Source: a virus. From it: DNA of 64,000 nucleotides. The DNA lies in the IMG/VR virus record IMGVR_UViG_3300047494_000107, positions 1 to 64,000 of that record; one strand, 5' to 3'. The translations under genes and the position numbers were made by a program. The notes beneath the pieces were generated by a model, which saw nothing but the letters and a program-made list of their open reading frames with translations, had not been told where the DNA came from and searched no databases. Shown here piece after piece: positions 56,927 to 64,000 of the stretch; within the stretch, counting starts at the first letter, position 1; each line of letters starts with the position of its first letter.

Positions 56927-57645
56927 GGATCGGCAATCGAGAACGACGGCACATTGTTGCCCGCTATGAAGTCGGTCAACCCGGAGCCTGTGTAAAGCGT
57001 CGCGAAAATGTTCAGGTTGTTGGCGACGTTCGCCGCGGTAGCCGTCGCCGACCCGCCGAACACATTGGCCAAAGCGTCAAGAACGCCGGTTATGGGGGCG
57101 CTGACTTTCTTGATCGCCACCAGCCGAAACCGGTAGTTGACGTAGAGCGGCCGGTCTTTTGACTGGTATAGCCCTTGCGGTCCTTCTGGCGCCACCTGCC
57201 AGTAGTCGTTCCGAAAATAATCGTAGAACTCCAGCGTATAGAGCGGCGCTTGCTGGGCGATCTGCGTCTGGTTAAGTCTGGCGAATTTCGCAAAGAGCAG
57301 TTCGACGGCCTGGACAGACGCGAGACCAGTGAACAAATAGCCGTCCGTCTGGTGGCGTTTGTTGCCGGTCGACCCTTCTATCGTGAAGACGGGCGGCGCT
57401 TGGCCGAACATGTCAACTTCGCGGTCCACGCCGCCTTGGAATGGTTGTCCCTGCGTATCGTAGACAGCCGTCATGGCCGTCCACTCTTTGCGGAGACTTT
57501 CAGGCGACATGGGAAACGTGTAGGTCAGGTATTCAGAACGCAGTTCGCCGGGTCCGCGAATCGACAGTGCGTAAATCGCCGCTTGGTAGTTTGGGTTGTC
57601 GATCGTCCTGAACGACATCCCTGTCGTGGAGATGAACTCGCTCAT
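56923..57645 (-). CDS. tail tube initiator / baseplate-associated protein
   Basis: FPMSPESL...FGQAP..FTIEGSTG...PLY.NYRF pattern. Confidence 0.6.
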   Translation of the reverse strand: MSEFISTTGMSFRTIDNPNYQAAIYALSIRGPGELRSEYLTYTFPMSPESLRKEWTAMTAVYDTQGQPFQGGVDREVDMFGQAPPVFTIEGSTGNKRHQTDGYLFTGLASVQAVELLFAKFARLNQTQIAQQAPLYTLEFYDYFRNDYWQVAPEGPQGLYQSKDRPLYVNYRFRLVAIKKVSAPITGVLDALANVFGGSATATAANVANNLNIFATLYTGSGLTDFIAGNNVPSFSIADP

Positions 57646-59369
57646 GACAGCTTAATCAGCGCGCCAGTCATGCTGGTCGAGACGTATGTGACAGCACCAC
57701 TGACCAGGATGCCGCTAGTACCGAGAGGCACGTTTTGAGGCTGACCAGACTGTTGGGCCACAACACCCGAACTGACTATGCCGCTCGGCGCGACAGTGTA
57801 GAGATTGTTGTTAGTCGTCGTGACGTAGGCACTGCCTGATCCCGTATCAGCGATGGCGGTCGGCACATTGTCAGGGCCCAGAGGGACACTCGTCCATCCC
57901 GACGTCGAAAAATTGTAGAACGAGACTTCGCCGCCCCTAACAGGCACGACAGTATAGGGGGCACCAAAGTTGTAGAGCGCCGTGTCAGACGAGCCGTAAC
58001 AAAATAGAGTTTCATTCACGAGCAACAAGCCGTGGCCACTACCGACGGCGGTCGTAACCGAAGACTGCTGTGACCAAGTGCTGCTCGCGGATGGGTTACC
58101 TATGACGTGCAATTGAGCCGACGTCGGATACTCTAGCAAAGATACTTGACTATTGAACGCCGCCATAGCTGTACATGCGCCGTCCAGAGTCCCGTATTTC
58201 ACCTGCGCGCCGTTGATTGCCGCGAAATGCCCTGTCGCAGCGGCGTAAACCGTGCCCGTGTTGTCAAGCGCGAGCTGCGTCGGCGTGAATGAAAGCGCCG
58301 CCGTTGATGTCACCGACCAAGTATTGACGACCAGCGATAGTTTCGCCACGCCGCTCGTCGTCGTCGCGACAGCGGTGGATGGCGTCGTCAGCAATACAGC
58401 AGACGAGTTCGCCAGTACGATGTCGTTGGAGGGATTGGTCGCCCACGTGCCTCCCGTCTGAAGAAGAGGAACGATCGTGCCGCCTGTGCAGACTAACGCG
58501 TGCGTGTTGTCCGCTACTGCGAGCATACCGGCGGCGCCCAATGACGCCGTCTGCGCCACCGACAGCGCACCTGCCGAGTAGCCGAGGACTTTAATGAGGT
58601 TGTTGGCCGTATCGGAGATCAAAATCTGCGTGCCGTTCGGCGTCCACGCGCAGCTCACCGGGCTTGACGACAGACCTGTCAACGTCGTCACAGGCGTCCA
58701 TAGGTTCGTCCCAGTCGATGCCGCCGAGTAGACGGTCGCGGAACCCGCCGTCACCGCCACGATCTGGATAGCCGCGGCATCGGCTGCCATCGTCGCGTAA
58801 CCTGACCCAAGACTGTACGGCGCGTAGCCTGCAGCAGCCATGAAGCCTGATACTGACGCAGCACATGTCACATTCGCCACGCCAGACGGGAGCGCCACAT
58901 AAGAAGGTGTGCCACTAGGCGGTACCGACAGCCCCATGCCCGAAGCGCCGAACGCTGCGATATAGCCGCTGACCGCATAAGCCGCGCAGGCTGTCGGCGC
59001 CACGAACGTCGTCTCAAGCGTGCCCGACGCGTTTACGAGTTGACCGCCGTATTGCAGAGCGTAGACCGCGCCCGAGGCGTAAATCGCGTCGCTATAGACG
59101 CCACTGGGCAGCGTCACCTCGCCGTTTGGTCCGTAGAGAAGTCCTGCGGTGTTCAGCGCGTACAGGTTGCCGCTGCCATCGTTGACCATGGCCGCGATTG
59201 AGCCGCCGTCCGTGGTGCTGAACGCAACGGGCGACCCGCCTGCCGTCGGCGTAAACTCCCATGCAACAGGGTTGTAATCGTCGCCGACCACGATGTTGGC
59301 GCCCGACGTCGCCAGTGACTGGCCGCGCGCCGCCTGTCCTGATACGGGCCAAAGATACGTCGTGGTCAT
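57642..59369 (-). CDS. beta-propeller-like virion protein
   Basis: Ser/Thr/Gly-rich with DGSGNLY, WTPNGTQI and LDNTGTVY blade-like motifs. Confidence 0.55.
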   Translation of the reverse strand: MTTTYLWPVSGQAARGQSLATSGANIVVGDDYNPVAWEFTPTAGGSPVAFSTTDGGSIAAMVNDGSGNLYALNTAGLLYGPNGEVTLPSGVYSDAIYASGAVYALQYGGQLVNASGTLETTFVAPTACAAYAVSGYIAAFGASGMGLSVPPSGTPSYVALPSGVANVTCAASVSGFMAAAGYAPYSLGSGYATMAADAAAIQIVAVTAGSATVYSAASTGTNLWTPVTTLTGLSSSPVSCAWTPNGTQILISDTANNLIKVLGYSAGALSVAQTASLGAAGMLAVADNTHALVCTGGTIVPLLQTGGTWATNPSNDIVLANSSAVLLTTPSTAVATTTSGVAKLSLVVNTWSVTSTAALSFTPTQLALDNTGTVYAAATGHFAAINGAQVKYGTLDGACTAMAAFNSQVSLLEYPTSAQLHVIGNPSASSTWSQQSSVTTAVGSGHGLLLVNETLFCYGSSDTALYNFGAPYTVVPVRGGEVSFYNFSTSGWTSVPLGPDNVPTAIADTGSGSAYVTTTNNNLYTVAPSGIVSSGVVAQQSGQPQNVPLGTSGILVSGAVTYVSTSMTGALIKLS

Positions 59370-59601
59370 ATTGACGCTTGTAGCACGCGTCTTGAGACAG
59401 GCGGAGGGCTAGAACCCTGCCGCTCGCCGGCTGTCCGGTAGTAGACGTAAAGGTAGTATTTTGAGTACGGCGCCGAGCCTGGAGGCCAACCAGACCCGGC
59501 GCCTGACCCATCGCTCACAGGAGCTTCGCCATGGGCTACCGAGACTCTACACCGCTTCATCTAGGCCGGCCTGGAACAAAAACGTCAACAGGATCGGTTT
59601 C

Positions 59602-59829
59602 GTGAGCGAGCACAACGACATCGTAGCTGACTGGTCCGGCTGGATTGTCGGCCACATCTTGGTGGTTATGAGTCTGTTCTCCACCGCGCTGGTCGGGATC
59701 ATACGGTTCGCATTCGGCGCTTCGAAGCTACTCACCGAAGTCAAAGGGCTGAGCGACCGGATCGACCGCCAAGGCGACCAACTCAACCTCATCATCGACA
59801 AGCTGAAGTTGCCGATCGCGGACAGGTAG
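59602..59829 (+). CDS. holin-like membrane protein
   Basis: TM segment plus coiled coil directly upstream of the endolysin; GTG 59602. Confidence 0.5.
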   Translation: MSEHNDIVADWSGWIVGHILVVMSLFSTALVGIIRFAFGASKLLTEVKGLSDRIDRQGDQLNLIIDKLKLPIADR

Positions 59830-59912
59830 CTTTATATTCTCCGCTCTTGATACATCTTGCGATTCTTGAGACATTCGTGGTATGATACACGTCGACACGG
59901 CGAGATGGTGCG

Positions 59913-60479
59913 ATGGCCTCGGTTGACCGTTTCATGGCGTTGATGCGCGAGGTCGAAAGCGACACACTCGACCTGGACCCGAATGACAGCGGCAACTACC
60001 CGAGCGGACAAGTCGGCGTGGGGCCACTCGTCGGCAGCAAATGTGGCATCAGCGCCGCGTCCTACCCGACCCTGGATATAGCCAATCTGTCCGATGACGC
60101 CATTCAGGCTATCTACCAGCGCGACTACCTTGACCCGATACAGTTCTCGGCGCTGCCCGACGCGACCGGTATTATGGTAGCGGATGAAGCCGTCAACCAA
60201 GGCGTGGCCGCGGCGAAGATCACACTGCAGCAGGCGGTCGGTGTGACAGCTGATGGCTGGATCGGGCCGCAAACTTTGGCGGCGGCGGCGGCAGCGGATG
60301 ATGCGTCTCTCGCGGCTGAGATCTGGGCTCGTCGCGCGTTGAAATACGCGACCACGAACCGCTTCAGCCTTTACGGATTGGGCTGGATGCGCCGCATCGT
60401 CAAGGCGTTCACATCGGCGGTCCCTGCGGCATTGCCGTTGAGTGTCAAGTTCTCTGGCAAAACACCGAAGTCCGGCTGA
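59913..60479 (+). CDS. endolysin, glycoside hydrolase family 108 with PG-binding domain
   Basis: DPNDSG...KCGIS...AVNQG...LQQAVGVTADGWIGPQT...GWMRR. Confidence 0.88.
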   Translation: MASVDRFMALMREVESDTLDLDPNDSGNYPSGQVGVGPLVGSKCGISAASYPTLDIANLSDDAIQAIYQRDYLDPIQFSALPDATGIMVADEAVNQGVAAAKITLQQAVGVTADGWIGPQTLAAAAAADDASLAAEIWARRALKYATTNRFSLYGLGWMRRIVKAFTSAVPAALPLSVKFSGKTPKSG

Positions 60480-61519
60480 TGCGTGCCGACCTTCTTCATG
60501 TCGTGACGGCTATCTCCAATCCGGTTCGCTGGAAGAGCCGCTTGTCGCTCTACAAAGACTTTGAGCAGCACATGCTCGAAAGTGGCGTCAAACTCTATAC
60601 CGTCGAGTGGGCTTTGGGTGATCGGCCGTTCGAAGTGACATGCGCCGACAACCCAATGCACCTGCAGATCCACGGCAATGACCTGCAAGAGATCTGGATT
60701 AGGGACGCTCTGATCAACGCGGGTGTCCGCACGCTGCTGCCGAAAGAAGCGAAATATATCGCCTGGATCGACGCCGACATCAAGTTCTTGCGGAGGGACT
60801 GGGCGGCTGAGACCGTCCATATGCTCCAGCACTACGCCGTTGGTCAGGTGTGGACGAACAGCATCGACGTGGCGCCCAACGGCGACATCGCACCGAACGA
60901 GTGGAACAACTCGGCGGATCGCTCCTTTTGCGCAGCGTGGCAAGCCGGTGACCTGGACGACCCGTGTGAAATCGGCAAACAGATCGCAGCCGGTTCAAGT
61001 TCACCGCCTCCAAGCGCGTTGGCGGCCCGACCAAAGTCGAGCGTGTTCAAGCGCCCGGACGGCAAAGAGAAAGACTGGAGAGCACACACCGGCTACGGCT
61101 GGGCGATCCGCAAGGACGTGTTCTCCGAGATGGGCGGCCTTCTTGACTGGATGGTGACGGGTAGCTGCGATTGGCACATGGCGCGTGCATTCGTCGGGCT
61201 GCCGGAGCCGAACGACCAGCGGATGACACCGGCCTACAACAGGCGTTTACAGGAGTTCTGGCTGCGGGCTGACCGCGCTGTGAAGCAGAACGTCGGCGTG
61301 GTGCCGGGGACCGTCGTGCATGGCTGGCACGGGCGTAAGAAGGATCGCCAGTATTTCACGCGGTTCGACGTGCTGATCGACAGCAAATTCGACCCTGACC
61401 TCGACCTTTCGTACGACTGGCAAGGCATCCCTCAGATCACAGGCGACAACCGTCAGCTCCGCGACGGGCTGCGCAAGCTAGCGCGCAACAAGAATGAAGA
61501 CTCCGTCGATATCGCCTAA
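60479..61519 (+). CDS. GT-A-fold glycosyltransferase-like protein
   Basis: YIAWIDADIKF (DxD motif), HTGYGWA, GSCDWHMA and HGWHG. Confidence 0.65.
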   Translation: MRADLLHVVTAISNPVRWKSRLSLYKDFEQHMLESGVKLYTVEWALGDRPFEVTCADNPMHLQIHGNDLQEIWIRDALINAGVRTLLPKEAKYIAWIDADIKFLRRDWAAETVHMLQHYAVGQVWTNSIDVAPNGDIAPNEWNNSADRSFCAAWQAGDLDDPCEIGKQIAAGSSSPPPSALAARPKSSVFKRPDGKEKDWRAHTGYGWAIRKDVFSEMGGLLDWMVTGSCDWHMARAFVGLPEPNDQRMTPAYNRRLQEFWLRADRAVKQNVGVVPGTVVHGWHGRKKDRQYFTRFDVLIDSKFDPDLDLSYDWQGIPQITGDNRQLRDGLRKLARNKNEDSVDIA

Positions 61520-61538
61520 CACCACAGGACCCAACACC

Positions 61539-62072
61539 GTGAACAAGACTGCTCTTTTCGCCGCTACCATCCTCGCCGCGTCGACGCCGCTGTTCGCACA
61601 CGCTGCGGATATCGTCGTCAGTGCGGCGCCGATCACGGACTACCTGCAGCCGGCTGTCGACGCCATGAAAGCGGGGCTGGTTGCGGCGCTCAGCGCGTGG
61701 CTCATCAAGCATGTGCGCAATCAGCTGCTTCGCGCGGCGCTGCAGAAAGCGATCGTGTCGGCCGGGGCAGGCGTCTACAGCGCCTTGGTGATCGGCGGCA
61801 AGACACTACTTGATGGCGGCTTGGTCGAAGGCGCCGTGGCGTCGAAGACGAACGCGCTCATCGCCGCTTTTCCCGACACGATGAAGACGCTCGGCGTGAC
61901 ACCGGCCGACCTGCACAACGCTGTCGCCAATGCGTTCGGGCTGCACCTCGCCGCCGACCCAACCGTGACACTGCCGAAAGTGGTAGCGACGAAACCCGCA
62001 ACCGCTAACGCGGACACGACGAACACTACCCCCGCTACGACCGTCTCAGGCGGCACCGTAGCCGTTTCGTAA
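61539..62072 (+). CDS. membrane/exported lysis-region protein (holin-like)
   Basis: GTG 61539; signal-like N-terminus and a TM segment. Confidence 0.5.
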   Translation: MNKTALFAATILAASTPLFAHAADIVVSAAPITDYLQPAVDAMKAGLVAALSAWLIKHVRNQLLRAALQKAIVSAGAGVYSALVIGGKTLLDGGLVEGAVASKTNALIAAFPDTMKTLGVTPADLHNAVANAFGLHLAADPTVTLPKVVATKPATANADTTNTTPATTVSGGTVAVS

Positions 62073-62092
62073 CCACAGAAGGACCAATAAAC

Positions 62093-62614
62093 ATGCGCGT
62101 TCTCATCGGCGGTGGCACTGCTGGCCGCCGCGCATTCCTATCCGGCACCGCTCTCGTGAGCGTCGCCGCCCTGGCCGCCTGCGCCGGCACCGCGGTGACC
62201 ACACCCACTCCGACAACCCCGTCCGTCATCGCGACCAATGTGGCGCTAATCTCGACCGGCCTCTCTGTGCTGTCGACCGAAATCGCGGCTGCGGGTGTCG
62301 CCGTGCCGGCCGCTGTCACCAAGGACCTGGCGACGCTCCAGGCACTTGCGAAGGCCGCCGCGGCTGCCACAGTCAGCGACTCGGTCACGACAGTCCAGTC
62401 GGTCATCACGACCGTGCAGGACATCGCCTCCATCGTTCCTGCGCTCGTCCCAGGCTCGGCGACGATCATCGCACTGGTTCAAGCGGCGCTATCTCTGCTG
62501 CCCGTCCTGAAAGCGGCTCTCCCGGCCAGCGTCAAGCTGAGCGCGCTGGCGCCGCCGAAGTACACACCGGACCAAGCACGTCTCATCCTCTCTGGCGCCG
62601 TACTGGCGCGCTGA
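62093..62614 (+). CDS. Tat-signal lipoprotein
   Basis: GRRAFLSG twin-arginine motif followed by an LAAC lipobox. Confidence 0.65.
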   Translation: MRVLIGGGTAGRRAFLSGTALVSVAALAACAGTAVTTPTPTTPSVIATNVALISTGLSVLSTEIAAAGVAVPAAVTKDLATLQALAKAAAAATVSDSVTTVQSVITTVQDIASIVPALVPGSATIIALVQAALSLLPVLKAALPASVKLSALAPPKYTPDQARLILSGAVLAR

Positions 62615-62616
62615 CC

Positions 62617-63369
62617 ATGAGGTTCGGCCGTCTGCAGCACGATCCCGACACGCTCGCAAGGGCGCCGTCGCTTCGGTTGTCGGCGGTCGAACCACCAGCC
62701 GTGCTTGACCGGTCATCGGTCAACGTCAATCTCGGCCTCTACCAGAACGACGTCTATCCGGATTGCACCGCGGCAGGCGCGTTCAACTATGTCTGCTGCA
62801 TCGCCGCGTTGAACGGCTACGGACTCCCGATCGACAACACAAAGGCCCCGACGTTCTACGCCGCTTGTATCGGTTGCGCGGACACGCCCGAAGCGATCGC
62901 CGCTACCGACGGTGCTTTGATGACCGACGTCATCGCGAGGCTCGGGAGCCATGGCCTGGATATCGGATCGCAGACCCTTGTCGGGTTCGGAGGCACAATC
63001 CCTCTACGACGTATACAGCTTGCTTTGTCGCTCGCTCAGGTCGGCGCCGGTTATTGGGGCATTGACGTTTATCAGAACGACATGGACAATGTCGGCAAGG
63101 TCTGGACAACGGACTACAGCCCTGGTCCTGTCGAAGGCGGCCATTGCGTCGTCGGGTTCGACTACGCTGGACTGGGCAACAACGACGTCGTTCGCATCGC
63201 TACGTGGGGCGCTTGGCAGATGGCAACTTGGGCGTGGGTAGACGCACGCCTTCAAGAAGCGCACGGCCTGGCGTTCCGAGATTTGACACCGGCAAGTGGA
63301 AAATACTGGTCAGGTGTGACGTACGACACACTTCTTGCCGAGGCGGGTGTGTCGCCGGTCACGGTCTGA
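62617..63369 (+). CDS. papain-like (C1) cysteine peptidase
   Basis: ND...DCTAAG (catalytic Cys), GGHCV (His) and ATWG. Confidence 0.7.
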   Translation: MRFGRLQHDPDTLARAPSLRLSAVEPPAVLDRSSVNVNLGLYQNDVYPDCTAAGAFNYVCCIAALNGYGLPIDNTKAPTFYAACIGCADTPEAIAATDGALMTDVIARLGSHGLDIGSQTLVGFGGTIPLRRIQLALSLAQVGAGYWGIDVYQNDMDNVGKVWTTDYSPGPVEGGHCVVGFDYAGLGNNDVVRIATWGAWQMATWAWVDARLQEAHGLAFRDLTPASGKYWSGVTYDTLLAEAGVSPVTV

Positions 63370-63374
63370 CGTCG

Positions 63375-64000
63375 ATGAGCGCCGTAGACGAAGCGGACAT
63401 CAAGCGTTTCGCGGAAATATACCGCGCCGCAGTAGAATCTGGCGCTCAACCAAAAGGCGCGACATTCGGTGTAGGGCGGCGATCGGCGCTTTGGGACGCC
63501 TGCGAGAAGGGCGGCTGGAGCCGCAACGAGGGAAATTACCGGCTAGACAGAGCGCTCCGCGCTGGGCTGTTGGATGGGTTGCGCGTTGAAGTCTCATCCA
63601 TAGAAGCCTTCACGGTTCAAGAACTGCCATCAGCGGAAGGCCCGATCGAAGACCTCATCGACCGGATGGCCGTTCAGTTTCAGCGCCAAAAGGTTGCCCG
63701 CGAAGCACGGACGCTCATTCAGGTGCAGGTGAACATCGAGGGCGCCTACGGTATCTGTCATATGGGCGACCCGCATCTTGACGATAACGGATGCGACTGG
63801 ACCACACTTCGCCGCCACATAGAGGTCATCAAGCGTACCGAGGGCTTGTTCGGCGCGAATGTGGGAGACTATCAGAACGGCTGGATCGGCCGTCTAGCGC
63901 GTCTATGGGCGAACCAGTCGACGAGTTCTCGTGACGCGCAGCGCTTGGTTGAGTGGTTCGTCAATGAGGTTCGGTGGCTGTACCTTGTGGGCGGCAATCA
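63375..64000 (+). CDS. calcineurin-like metallophosphoesterase (3' partial)
   Basis: Open frame from ATG 63375 to the window edge with GDPHLDD, VGDY and GGN at the edge. Confidence 0.8.
   Translation, partial: MSAVDEADIKRFAEIYRAAVESGAQPKGATFGVGRRSALWDACEKGGWSRNEGNYRLDRALRAGLLDGLRVEVSSIEAFTVQELPSAEGPIEDLIDRMAVQFQRQKVAREARTLIQVQVNIEGAYGICHMGDPHLDDNGCDWTTLRRHIEVIKRTEGLFGANVGDYQNGWIGRLARLWANQSTSSRDAQRLVEWFVNEVRWLYLVGGN

Noticed and set aside
59366-59518. Small minus-strand ORF upstream of the beta-propeller gene
   Set aside because: An ATGA overlap is present, but there is no clear RBS or motif; too weak to list as a feature

Overview
This is a 64 kb segment of a large, GC-rich tailed phage or prophage with a contractile tail. 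The host is probably an alphaproteobacterium, which is an inference from promoter style and gene content. The left arm (1-12.6 kb) holds accessory and early genes: a tyrosine recombinase with an adjacent dif-like site, a YkgJ-like protein, Fic, RtcB RNA ligase and a MotA/ExbB-like membrane trio. It also holds the main find: eight stem-loops at 8446-9588, each presenting two variable 9-nt segments in a fixed CCN-N9-linker-N9-TG register. The array is split by a 171-aa unknown ORF and sits directly upstream of a 307-aa Nop/IS110-C-terminal-domain protein with no recognisable nuclease domain. This is the architecture of a TIGR-Tas (TasA-type) RNA-guided system, with a candidate accessory protein. 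From 12.7 to 50.4 kb the plus strand carries the virion genes: terminase, portal, a 1224-aa glycosyltransferase, an Acb1-like 2H phosphoesterase, protease, scaffold, capsid, neck, a block of fibre/depolymerase-like proteins with signal peptides, sheath, tube, a frameshifted chaperone, tape measure and hub. From 50.4 to 59.5 kb, small genes and the baseplate wedge/J/fibre module lie on the minus strand. From 59.6 to 64 kb lie the lysis region and a partial metallophosphoesterase. A TGA(T/G)ACA heptamer recurs in most intergenic promoter regions. No tRNA, rRNA or CRISPR array was seen. All product calls come from motif recognition by eye; no database search was run.
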